Assembly: GCA_031271045.1 (NCBI GenBank)
Contig: JAISWO010000013.1
Location: 27-64,026, forward strand
Source of the DNA: Tannerellaceae bacterium
GTDB lineage: Bacteria > Bacteroidota > Bacteroidia > Bacteroidales > Tannerellaceae
Direction of reading: 5' to 3'
DNA: 64,000 nucleotides
Positions within the stretch are counted from its first letter, which is position 1. The number at the start of each line of letters is the position of its first letter. Shown here piece after piece: positions 1 to 8,878 of the stretch. The notes under the pieces were generated by a model that saw nothing but the letters and a program-made list of their open reading frames with translations, searched no databases and was not told the DNA's origin. A program made the translations under genes and the position numbers.

Positions 1-906
1 GGTGCTGAAGTTCATGTAATTGATCCCGGCGATCACGACAATAACGATCGCGATGCAGAAGAGGATGAGCAACGTCTGCCGGCTCGCCTTGGGAACCCGG
101 TCGTAGGCCACTCCTGTGATGAAATGCACCTCCGGGAGGGGAGTCAGGCGGAAGTTGATCTCCGTTATGTTGTTCTGTACCCATTCCTCCAGCCCGGAAG
201 CGTCGAACGTCTTTTGGAAGTTTTCGATCAGGCCTGCGGCGTTGGCCGGGTCGTTGACGCGGATATAGGCCGCATAATTCCAGTTGCCCCAGTTGTAGAG
301 GTTTTCTTCGCGGGGGATGAGGAGGTAGATCACGTTGGACGTCGATGTATTGAGAGGGAAGTCGCGATAGACGCCGCCCACGGTGTAAGCCACGTCGTCG
401 GCATCCAGGCGTTTGCCAAGGGCAGGCTCGCTACCGAACAGCTTGTCGGCTAAACTCAGGGGGATGAGCACCTGGTTGGGTTCGTCGAGCGCCCGGTTGC
501 TTCCCTCGATCATGTCGAAGTGAAAGACGTCGGTATAGCCGCTGGAGACTTCGAGGGCGTTTTCCTGGAAGTTATTCTTCGCACCGTTGGCCTCGACCGA
601 GAAGTAAATGGCAAGCGGCTGCTTGGTGTACGCTCCCGCCTCGATATGCGGCGACGAAGCGATAAAAGCTTCCATCAACGGACGATTGATGATTGCCGAC
701 CAGTCCTGCCTCATCAGGTTGCCCGGTTCCATGCGAAAGATACGGTCGGCATGGGGCTGCGAGCGGTCGAATCCGTAGTCGAATCCGACCTGCATCATAA
801 TCATCATAAAGGCCGCGAAGGCCACCGAGAGGCCCAGCACGTTCAAGGCTGTCGCCATCTTGAAGCGGCGGAGTGTGCTCAGGAAATTGCGCAGGATTGT
901 TTTCAT
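1..906 (-). CDS. ABC transporter permease (MacB/FtsX-like), N-terminal part; runs off the left window edge
   Basis: Manual translation from ATG at 906: MKTILRNFLSTLRRFKMATALNVLGLSVAFAAFMMIMMQVGFDYGFDR, a typical Bacteroidetes ABC permease N-terminus; directly downstream of an ABC ATPase. Confidence 0.85.
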   Translation of the reverse strand, partial: MKTILRNFLSTLRRFKMATALNVLGLSVAFAAFMMIMMQVGFDYGFDRSQPHADRIFRMEPGNLMRQDWSAIINRPLMEAFIASSPHIEAGAYTKQPLAIYFSVEANGAKNNFQENALEVSSGYTDVFHFDMIEGSNRALDEPNQVLIPLSLADKLFGSEPALGKRLDADDVAYTVGGVYRDFPLNTSTSNVIYLLIPREENLYNWGNWNYAAYIRVNDPANAAGLIENFQKTFDASGLEEWVQNNITEINFRLTPLPEVHFITGVAYDRVPKASRQTLLILFCIAIVIVVIAGINYMNFST

Positions 907-918
907 CTTCCGGAGGCT

Positions 919-1599
919 TTAGATGTATTCGCTTACGGAAGAGATGATGGTGCCGTCGAAGAGGTTGACCACACGGTGCGCAAAGGAGGCGTCGTGCTTG
1001 GAGTGGGTGACCATGATGATGGTGGTGCCTTCGTTGTTGAGGCTGGTCAGGAGCTGCATGACGTCGAGGCCGTTCTTGCTGTCGAGATTACCCGTCGGTT
1101 CGTCGGCCAGGATCAGCTTGGGCGTCGAGACAACGGCGCGGGCGATGGCGACGCGCTGCTGCTGTCCGCCGGAGAGCTGCTGCGGGAAATGATTGGCGCG
1201 GTGACTGATGTTCATCTGCTTGAGGATCGCATTCACCTTCTCCTTGCGTTCGGCAGGCTTGATGCGGAGGTAGGTGAGGGGAAGTTCGACGTTTTCAAAC
1301 ACGTTCAGTTCGTCGATGAGGTTGAAACTCTGGAAAACGAAGCCGATATTTCCTTTTCTCGCCTGCGTACGGTCCCTCTCCTTCAAGTGCCCCACTTCGG
1401 TGTTGTCTAAGTAGTATTTCCCTTCGGAGGGATTGTCTAAAAGCCCAAGGATGTTCAGTAACGTCGACTTGCCGCATCCCGACGGTCCCATGACGGCCAC
1501 GAACTCGCCATCGTTTACTTCCATTGATACTTTGTTCAATGCAATCGTTTCCACTTCTTCGGTGCGGAAAAACTTACTTAAATCTTCGATCTTAATCAT
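919..1599 (-). CDS. ABC transporter ATP-binding protein (LolD/MacB family)
   Basis: Walker A GPSGCGKST, signature LSGGQQQR, Walker B ILADEPTGNLD; likely start MIKIEDLSK at 1599. Confidence 0.95.
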   Translation of the reverse strand: MIKIEDLSKFFRTEEVETIALNKVSMEVNDGEFVAVMGPSGCGKSTLLNILGLLDNPSEGKYYLDNTEVGHLKERDRTQARKGNIGFVFQSFNLIDELNVFENVELPLTYLRIKPAERKEKVNAILKQMNISHRANHFPQQLSGGQQQRVAIARAVVSTPKLILADEPTGNLDSKNGLDVMQLLTSLNNEGTTIIMVTHSKHDASFAHRVVNLFDGTIISSVSEYI

Positions 1600-1645
1600 A
1601 ATTCTGTTTGTTTTTAAAATGAATGAATCTAATATCCGTATATCG

Positions 1646-1662
1646 TCCAAAGAACGTGCCAA
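1646..1662 (-). promoter_or_regulatory. Putative sigma-54 (-24/-12) promoter of the ABC operon
   Basis: Minus strand TTGGCACGTTCTTTGGA matches TGGCACG-N4-TTG, about 47 bp upstream of the ATPase start. Confidence 0.6.
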
Positions 1663-1714
1663 AGTTGCGATCCGATTATTTATCAGCACAATAAGCCAGT
1701 GCCCCCTTCAAGGC

Positions 1715-1756
1715 AGTGTCAAAAAATTGGACACCACTGTCCAATTTTTTGACACT
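1715..1756. promoter_or_regulatory. Perfect 19-bp-arm palindrome, likely paired operator/UAS of a sigma-54 activator
   Basis: AGTGTCAAAAAATTGGACA-ccac-TGTCCAATTTTTTGACACT; each arm contains TGT-N11-ACA; lies about 55-95 bp upstream of the sigma-54 motif. Confidence 0.6.
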
Positions 1757-1846
1757 CCGCTTTTGTCCCCGGCGCCGCCACAGGCACAACGCCCTCCCCG
1801 CATTTTGCCGCGAGGACGGAAAATCTCTTTTCAACCCCCTGTTTTT

Positions 1847-2124
1847 GTCCGAGACCTTGAAAAAACATTTTTGAGCCCCTCGCACATGTCCGAGGCCTTG
1901 AAAAAACATTTTTCAACCCTTCGTACATGTCCGAGACCTTGAAAAAACATTTTTGAGCCCTTCGTACATGTCCGGGGCCTTGAAAAAACATTTTTCAACC
2001 CTTCGTACATGTCCGGGGCCTTGAAAAAACATTTTTCAACCCTTCGTACATGTCCGAGGCCTTGAAAAAACATTTTTCAACCCTTCGTACATGTCCGAGA
2101 CCTTGAAAAGACATTTTTTCAAGG
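1847..2124. repeat. 41-bp tandem repeat array, about 6.7 copies
   Basis: Unit GTCCGRGRCCTTGAAAAAACATTTTT(CAA/GAG)CCCTTCGTACAT starting at 1847, 1888, 1929, 1970, 2011, 2052, 2093. Confidence 0.95.
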
Positions 2125-2165
2125 CTCATACATTGGCCGCGATGTCGGTGGAATGATTTGTACCA

Positions 2166-2537
2166 CTTCTTATGAAGAAGCGGTACGGGAAAATAGTTTT
2201 AGCTCGCCAAAGGTGCAAATTGTTTTTCAAATCAGCAGCATATTATTCAAACATTTTAACGAGCCTCTTTTAAAAAAATGTTTACCGGCGGCTAAGTGAT
2301 TGATTCACCAAGTGTTTAAAAAATGTTTATCAAATGGCAGCCGGATCCATGTCGAATCCACAGTCCGAGTCCATTCTGTACCTATATATAATGTAGAGTT
2401 CCGGTGTGCGGCGTTCGCAAAATGTTTACAAAAGTGTTTGCAAAATGTCCGGCCTCTTATCTTTTCTTTTTTGCAGGCTCTTGATAATGCGCGATATAGA
2501 AAGCTGTTGTTTTCCCGTACCACTTCTTCATAAGAAG
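2166..2537. promoter_or_regulatory. Segment bounded by 28-bp inverted repeats; candidate invertible promoter upstream of susC
   Basis: 2166-2193 CTTCTTATGAAGAAGCGGTACGGGAAAA is the reverse complement of 2510-2537 TTTTCCCGTACCACTTCTTCATAAGAAG (27/28). Confidence 0.55.
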
Positions 2538-2746
2538 CAGAATCGCAGAGGAAATATAAGTGATCGTAAATAAATGTCAAACAACTAAGAACGAAACGCC
2601 TATGAGAGGATAAAAAGAAAACGCCCCCCGGCTGAAAAGTCGAAGGCCGCCCGTCGAACGATGGGCAGCGCTGCCCAAGCCCCGAGCCGGCAGCAAAACC
2701 AAATCATTAATAAATTAAAATCCGAATATCTAATAAAATTGTTGAT

Positions 2747-5700
2747 ATGATAAAAGCAAAAATTGCCGATAGCACACTGAAGAAAGTATGGATGACGATA
2801 TGCGCCTGTCTCTGTACCCTTCCCTTATTCGCACAAAATATCACCGGCACAGTGACCGATGCCTCCGGTGAGGTGCTAACCGGCGTAAACATCATGGTAA
2901 AAGGATCGAACACGGGAACCGTGAGCGATATAAACGGAAAGTATACCATCCAAACACCTTCCAAAGACGCCGTACTGGCGTTCTCATTCATCGGATTCAT
3001 TACGCAGGAAATCCCCGTGGGTAACAAAACCGTCATAGACGTCACCCTGCGGGAAGACGCCCAGGGACTCGAAGAAGTCGTTATCGTAGGATACGGCACG
3101 CAACGGAAAATCAACCTCTCCGGAGCCGTCGCACAAGTGGATAGCAAGACACTCACCAACCGGCCCGTGCCCAACGTCTCCTCAGCCCTCCAAGGACTGA
3201 TGCCGGGCGTCACCGTCATCTCCGGGCAAGGACGCCCCGGACAAGATGGAGCCACCATCCGCGTACGAGGTATCGGAACGCTTAACACCGCAACGCCCTA
3301 CATCCTGATCGACGGCGTCGAAAGCGGTACGCTGAACTCCCTCGACCCGAACGACGTCGAAAGCATCTCCGTACTCAAAGACGCTTCCTCGGCCGCTATC
3401 TACGGATCAAAAGCCTCCAACGGAGTCGTGCTCGTCACCACCAAACGAGGCAAAACCGGCGCTCCCCGCGTAACCTACAACGCCTACGCAGGCATCCAGA
3501 CGCCCACGCAAATGATCGAACGCCTCAGCTCCTACGACTACGCCCGCCTGCTCAACCAGGCGCTCGTCGATGACAACAAGCCCGAACGCTTTTCGGCCGA
3601 CGATCTCCAAAAGTTCAAAGATGGCTCCGACCCGTACGGACATCCCAACACCGACTGGTACGACCTGGCCTACAAAAACGGTGTCCAACACAAACACAAC
3701 GTCAGCGTCAACGGCGGTACCGATCAAGTCAGCTACATGGCCTCCGCCGGCTTCATGCAGCAGGAAGGGATCCTTCCCAACGCCGAAAGACAACAGTTCA
3801 ACGGACGCACCAACATCGACGTCAAACTCTCCAGCCGCTTTAATCTTCGCGTCAACCTGGCCTACATCAAAAACGACTACAAAGACCCGAACAGTAGCTA
3901 CTCCGGCGGAAGTTCAGACCAGATCATCCGGCAGTTGAACATCATCGCTCCCTGGATACCTAACAAACGCGAGGACGGCTCCTACGGAACCGTATCGGAC
4001 GGTAATCCGATTGCATGGTTAGACCTTGATCAAACGGTCGACCGCTACAATCAAAACTTTACCGGCATGATCGCCGCCGACTACACCCTGTTCGACGGCA
4101 TGACCATCACCCTCCAACAAGCCTTCATCAGCAATATACAGCACTATAAGGCTTTCCAAAAGGACATCCAATACAGTCCGAGCAAATACCACGGACCGAA
4201 TCAACTGGAGGAACGCTTTTACCTCTGGGATCGCTCCAACTTCGACGCCCTGTTGAACTACAACAAACAGTTCGGCGTACACAACGTCAAAGTCCTGGCC
4301 GGATGGCATACGGAGAAATACAACTACACCGAAAACAAAATGATGCGCAAGAACTTCCCCAATAACGAGCTGACCGACCTGAACGCCGGTACCACCTCGA
4401 CGCAAACCAACGGAGGCTTCACCCGTTCGCTGGCTATGCTCTCCGGATTCGGGCGCATCAATTACGACTATGCCGGACGCTACCTGCTCGAAGCCAACTT
4501 CCGCGCAGATGGATCTTCCCGCTTTACACCGGACAACCGCTGGGGATTCTTCCCCTCCTTCTCGGGCGCCTGGCGAATCAGCGAAGAAGCCTTTGCCGAA
4601 GGCTTGAAAGATACCTGGCTCAACAACCTGAAGCTGCGCGCCTCCTGGGGATTGCTCGGTAATCAAGACGCTCTCAATAGCGACGCGACCAACGACTTCT
4701 ATCCCTACCTCAATACCTACAATCTGGGTGCCTCCTATCCTTTCGCAGGCTCGCTTCAGAGTGGATACTACCAAAGTAACTACCGTATCGAGAGCATCTC
4801 GTGGGAGAAGGCGCGCACCTTTGGTCTTGGCCTCGACTTTGTCGTCTTTAACCATATCGACGGATCCATCGACTTCTACGACCGCAAAACAACAGGTATC
4901 ATCATGAACGTTCCCGCTCCCGAAGAATTTGCCCTCGGATCCTACAAAGACAACGTTGGCGCCATGCGAAACCGCGGACTTGAACTTACCCTCGGATACA
5001 ATAACCGCTGGGGTGACTGGTCCCTCGCGGCCACCGGCAACGTCTCCTACAACAAGAACGAGATCCTGAACCTCGGCGGTGTGCCTCGCATGTTCGATTC
5101 GGGCAATAGTAACATCCTCAACAAGGTAGGCGAACCCGTCTCGTCCTATTACGTCTACAAGGCAGACGGTTTCTTCCAGTCGCAGGAAGAAGCTGACGCC
5201 TTCGCTGCCAAATATAGCCGCGAAACGGGTACCACCATGTTCACCCGCACCTTCAAAGCCGGAGACATACGCTATGTCGATACCAATAAAGACGGAAAGA
5301 TCGACGGCGACGACCGCGTCATTGCCAATTCCACCAACCCGGTTTATGCCTTTGGCTTTAACATCGTCGGAGGCTACAAACAGTTCGACCTCTCGCTCAC
5401 CTTTGCGGGCGCAGCCAAGGTAGGACGTATCTTCAGCCAGGAAGCCTTCGGCGCTTTCCGTGGAGATGGCTCGCATCCGGCCTCTGTCTGGCTCGATGCC
5501 TGGACGCCCGATAATAAGGACGCCGTAATGCCGCGTATCTGGAACGACGTCAACTCGAACAGTTATCCGCAGAACGTCATGTCGACCTTCTGGGTGCAAA
5601 ATACCAGCTACCTGCGCCTCAAAAACGTCCAACTGGGTTATACCGTACCTGCCAAACTGCTCCAGCGAGCAGGCATCGTCGGGTTGCGCCTCTACTACTC

Positions 5701-5824
5701 GGCCGAAAACATGCTCACCTTCGACGCCATGCCCATCAGTCTCGACCCGGAAACGTCCAGCGAACGCGCCTCGTCCTACCCGCTCATCAAGACTCACTCG
5801 CTCGGTGTGAACCTGACTTTTTAA
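2747..5824 (+). CDS. susC: SusC/RagA family TonB-dependent outer-membrane transporter
   Basis: 1025 aa; signal peptide, LEEVVIVGYG, plug motif DVESISVLKDASSAAIYGSKASNGVVLVTTK, C-terminal GVNLTF. Confidence 0.96.
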   Translation: MIKAKIADSTLKKVWMTICACLCTLPLFAQNITGTVTDASGEVLTGVNIMVKGSNTGTVSDINGKYTIQTPSKDAVLAFSFIGFITQEIPVGNKTVIDVTLREDAQGLEEVVIVGYGTQRKINLSGAVAQVDSKTLTNRPVPNVSSALQGLMPGVTVISGQGRPGQDGATIRVRGIGTLNTATPYILIDGVESGTLNSLDPNDVESISVLKDASSAAIYGSKASNGVVLVTTKRGKTGAPRVTYNAYAGIQTPTQMIERLSSYDYARLLNQALVDDNKPERFSADDLQKFKDGSDPYGHPNTDWYDLAYKNGVQHKHNVSVNGGTDQVSYMASAGFMQQEGILPNAERQQFNGRTNIDVKLSSRFNLRVNLAYIKNDYKDPNSSYSGGSSDQIIRQLNIIAPWIPNKREDGSYGTVSDGNPIAWLDLDQTVDRYNQNFTGMIAADYTLFDGMTITLQQAFISNIQHYKAFQKDIQYSPSKYHGPNQLEERFYLWDRSNFDALLNYNKQFGVHNVKVLAGWHTEKYNYTENKMMRKNFPNNELTDLNAGTTSTQTNGGFTRSLAMLSGFGRINYDYAGRYLLEANFRADGSSRFTPDNRWGFFPSFSGAWRISEEAFAEGLKDTWLNNLKLRASWGLLGNQDALNSDATNDFYPYLNTYNLGASYPFAGSLQSGYYQSNYRIESISWEKARTFGLGLDFVVFNHIDGSIDFYDRKTTGIIMNVPAPEEFALGSYKDNVGAMRNRGLELTLGYNNRWGDWSLAATGNVSYNKNEILNLGGVPRMFDSGNSNILNKVGEPVSSYYVYKADGFFQSQEEADAFAAKYSRETGTTMFTRTFKAGDIRYVDTNKDGKIDGDDRVIANSTNPVYAFGFNIVGGYKQFDLSLTFAGAAKVGRIFSQEAFGAFRGDGSHPASVWLDAWTPDNKDAVMPRIWNDVNSNSYPQNVMSTFWVQNTSYLRLKNVQLGYTVPAKLLQRAGIVGLRLYYSAENMLTFDAMPISLDPETSSERASSYPLIKTHSLGVNLTF

Positions 5825-5853
5825 TTTGATAATAATTTAATAATGATAGAATC

Positions 5854-7467
5854 ATGAAAAAGAACATATTTATATATCTCTGCGCGGTCCTGATGATCAC
5901 GTCATGTTCCGACTTCCTGGATACATATCCCTACGACGCACTCTCGCCTGCCACGACGTGGAAAACCGAGGGCGACGCCGAAAAATTCCTGATCGGATGT
6001 TACGACGGATGGATCTGGGGCGAAGGTTTCTTCTACTGGGATTGTGCTTCCGACATCGGATTCAGCTATCACACCCACGAAGGTTGGCGCGTCATTGGTA
6101 ATGGTACGCTCACCGCTGCCAATCCGGGAAGCTATTCCAACACATACACCTTCACCCGTATTCGTCGCGTGATCACCCTGCTCGAAAATATCGACCAGAT
6201 CACCTTCGCCGACGAGTCTAAAAAGAAGGATATCATCGCTCAGGCACGTGTCATACGTGCCTACGACTACCTCAAGATGAACTACTGGTACGGAGGCGTA
6301 CCCATCATCGAGGCGTACAAGAGTGCCGACGAAGCCAAGGTGCCACGCAATACCGAAGCCGAAGTTAAGCAATACATCTACGATGAAGTGGATGCCGCCA
6401 TTGCCGATATCAAAGACAGCCCCGCTGCACGTGGACGCGTAGCCAAAGGCGCCGCCCTGGCCCTCAAGATGCGCGCAGCGCTCTACTACGGCGACTATCA
6501 GCGGGCTCTTGATGCAGCCAAAGCTATCCAAAACCTCGGACAGTACGAGCTGGATCCGGATTATGCCAACCTCTTCACCCTGGCCGGCGTCGATTCGAAA
6601 GAAATCATCCTCTCGACGCAGCACCTGAAGAACCTGAAGAACGAATGGATCGTCACCGTCCCCAACAATGCCGACGGTGGGTGGTCGTCGATGGTGCCCA
6701 CGCGCAACTTGGTTGACCTTTACGAAATGAGCGACGGTCTCACTAAAGAGGAGTCTGCCGCCTACGATCCTGCACATCCCTTCAAAGGACGCGATCCGCG
6801 AATGGCTATGACTGTCCTCTATCCCGGACAGGACTGGCAGGGAGGCATCCTCAATACGCTCGACGAAACACTGCCCGGCGGAGGTAAGAATCCCAACTAT
6901 CCTACCGTCGCCGACAATGCTTCCAAGACGGGACTCACCTGGGCGAAGTACGTCGCGCCGCTCGAACAGTACGGTGGTGACCTCTACAACACCAGTATCT
7001 GCCAGGTTGTCTTCCGCTACGCCGAAGTGCTGCTCACCATCGCCGAAGCGTCCAACGAGTTGAACGGACCTTCGGAAGAAGCATATACCGCCCTCGATGA
7101 AGTGCGCGCACGCGCAGGTATGCCCGCCGTCGACCGCACCCGGTACGCTGCCAAGGAAACCCTCCGCGAACTCATCCGCCGCGAACGCTCCGTCGAGCTG
7201 GCCGGCGAAGGACACCGACGCGCCGATATCCTCCGATGGAAAGACGCCTCCGGCAAAATGCTCGCCGAGACGCTCCTGAATACGCCCCTTACGCGCATGA
7301 GCGGTACCATCAACTACGATGAGACCGATCCCTATGCGCGCGCCACGATCTTTGATACGCCGGTGCATATCGAAGACCGCAAGTTTGCGCCTTACAACCG
7401 CTACCTGCCCATCCCGCAGGCCAGCCGCGACAAAAATCCGCAGCTTACTCAGAACGACGGATACTGA
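5854..7467 (+). CDS. susD: SusD/RagB family nutrient-binding lipoprotein
   Basis: Lipobox MITSC followed by SDFLD, RYAEVLL and RRERSVELAGEGHR motifs, ends QNDGY; follows susC. Confidence 0.95.
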   Translation: MKKNIFIYLCAVLMITSCSDFLDTYPYDALSPATTWKTEGDAEKFLIGCYDGWIWGEGFFYWDCASDIGFSYHTHEGWRVIGNGTLTAANPGSYSNTYTFTRIRRVITLLENIDQITFADESKKKDIIAQARVIRAYDYLKMNYWYGGVPIIEAYKSADEAKVPRNTEAEVKQYIYDEVDAAIADIKDSPAARGRVAKGAALALKMRAALYYGDYQRALDAAKAIQNLGQYELDPDYANLFTLAGVDSKEIILSTQHLKNLKNEWIVTVPNNADGGWSSMVPTRNLVDLYEMSDGLTKEESAAYDPAHPFKGRDPRMAMTVLYPGQDWQGGILNTLDETLPGGGKNPNYPTVADNASKTGLTWAKYVAPLEQYGGDLYNTSICQVVFRYAEVLLTIAEASNELNGPSEEAYTALDEVRARAGMPAVDRTRYAAKETLRELIRRERSVELAGEGHRRADILRWKDASGKMLAETLLNTPLTRMSGTINYDETDPYARATIFDTPVHIEDRKFAPYNRYLPIPQASRDKNPQLTQNDGY

Positions 7468-7499
7468 TCCGACCCTCTGACCCGCAGATCTGAACATCC

Positions 7500-7546
7500 G
7501 GCGGGCGACCCTTTCCCTTGGTGGAAAAGGTCGCCCGCCTTTTTTC
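7500..7546 (+). terminator. Intrinsic terminator after susD
   Basis: GGCGGGCGACCCTTTCC-loop-GGAAAAGGTCGCCCGCC followed by TTTTTT. Confidence 0.85.
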
Positions 7547-7675
7547 TTGCCATCTCCTTCGAAATCACCACATTTGCAGTAAGGCAAATGGTTTATGATA
7601 CTCCTGTTGTTGAAGTATCCTATTCATGTAGATCATTTGAAGAGATAATTTATTAGTATGAATATTCGATTTTCT

Positions 7676-7892
7676 AATTTCAATCATTTGCCCATTGGGC
7701 AAGATACTGAAATTAGCGATTTCGATCCTTTGCCCATTGAGCAAGATACTGAAATTAGTAATTTCGATTATTTGCCCATTGGGCAAGATGCTGAAATTAG
7801 TGATTTCGATCCTTTGCCCATTGGGCAATGTAATGAAATTGGCAATTTCAGTCCTTTGCCCATTGGGCAGAGGATAAAAATGAGTGATTTTA
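7676..7892. repeat. 42-bp tandem repeat array, about 5 copies, with TTGCCCATTGGGCAA palindrome
   Basis: TTGCCCATTG(G/A)GCA at 7688, 7730, 7772, 7814, 7856 (period 42); second dyad GAAAT-N5-ATTTC halfway between. Confidence 0.95.
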
Positions 7893-7925
7893 AGAAAAAA
7901 TAGTGGTTGATATCTATTTATTCTA

Positions 7926-7933
7926 TATATTTG
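7926..7933 (+). promoter_or_regulatory. Bacteroidetes -7 promoter element of the DUF6261-like gene
   Basis: TATATTTG matches TAnnTTTG, 48 bp before the ATG. Confidence 0.6.
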
Positions 7934-7981
7934 CATCCGTAGAAGAAACTATTTGTTATACGAAAAAACATATCGAAGGAA

Positions 7982-8878
7982 ATGAATACGAAGCAGATTG
8001 TAAATCACCTCTCCTTGGTGAAAAGATTGCGGAATACGGAGCATTTCGACTTTTACGAGAACATCAATAAGCGTCTGGTGGCAAGGACCCTGACGTTGAC
8101 GGAGCTTCGGTTGTTTCGTGACGACTTTGCGCGGGCTTTCCGGACGGAAGATACGGCATATAAGGCAACCTACCGACTTGAATTTAAAGAAGGTACGCGA
8201 CAGGTGAAGGCCGTCCTCGCCCGCAGGCGCGGCGCATACATGGAACTGAAACGAGGCATCGAAATGTTTACCTATTGCGACGACCCTCACCGGCGCGCAG
8301 CGGCTCAGGAGCTGACAACGGTACTGGATCATTACGCCGGCATCTACCAGGCGCCGATGACCGAAGCCTCAGCCCTTGTTACCAACATGATACAGGATAT
8401 GCGGACGGAACGTTTCGCCCCCTCGCTCCAGCGGCTCCAACTGCAAGATACGCTCGCACGATTGGAACAAGTGAACGATGAGTTCACGACCGTCTATTTC
8501 GACCGCGCCTCCATCCGGCAGGACCAAAGCGCCGCCGTCGCCCTGCGCGCCGCCCGGAGGCATACCGACCTGGCGTTCGAACATTTCGCCACCATCGTCA
8601 ACGCCCTCTACCGCATCCATCTGAGGCTCAACCGGACAAGCGAAACCACCGCCGTGCTTTCGGAACTGATCACCGAAGTCAACGCCTACATCTTCCGCTA
8701 CCGCGCCATCTACTCGCGCCGCACCGCCCTGGCCGCCCATCAATCCACTCAAGATACAACAACAAATGAATCCGAAAACCCTCCTTCTCAGCCTTGCCCT
8801 CCTCAGCCTCGTAGCGACGGGCATGCGCGCACAAAGCGCCTTCGATACCTTCTTCGAAAGGAAAAGCTTGCGCATTGA
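7982..8878 (+). CDS. DUF6261-like alpha-helical protein
   Basis: N-terminal RLRNTEHFDFY motif; clear paralog of 27567..28751 (APMTE..A.V.NMIQD and IYSRR shared); family recognised from memory. Confidence 0.7.
   Translation: MNTKQIVNHLSLVKRLRNTEHFDFYENINKRLVARTLTLTELRLFRDDFARAFRTEDTAYKATYRLEFKEGTRQVKAVLARRRGAYMELKRGIEMFTYCDDPHRRAAAQELTTVLDHYAGIYQAPMTEASALVTNMIQDMRTERFAPSLQRLQLQDTLARLEQVNDEFTTVYFDRASIRQDQSAAVALRAARRHTDLAFEHFATIVNALYRIHLRLNRTSETTAVLSELITEVNAYIFRYRAIYSRRTALAAHQSTQDTTTNESENPPSQPCPPQPRSDGHARTKRLRYLLRKEKLAH

Noticed and set aside
520-1410. 296-aa plus-strand ORF
   Set aside because: Antisense shadow of the ABC ATPase and permease genes
1676-2073. Repetitive ORFs (1676..1909, 1719..1991, 1831..2073)
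   Set aside because: Translations of the 41-bp array in several frames; the period is not a multiple of 3 and there is no protein-like signal
4019-7587. Long antisense ORFs (4019..5797, 5902..7587; likewise 31702..33585, 36599..38626, 50959..52125)
   Set aside because: Shadow frames of well-supported genes, caused by C-ending codon bias; no recognisable motifs
7676-7892. TIGR-Tas array or diversity-generating retroelement
   Set aside because: No Nop-domain or reverse-transcriptase gene recognised, the period is 42 rather than 36, and the variable segments have low diversity; kept only as an analogy
7565-7936. ORFs with 14-aa repeats (LPNGQ.. / PLPIGQ..)
   Set aside because: Open on both strands because the unit is 42 bp; conservation follows the DNA palindromes rather than codons. 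A peptide product cannot be fully excluded
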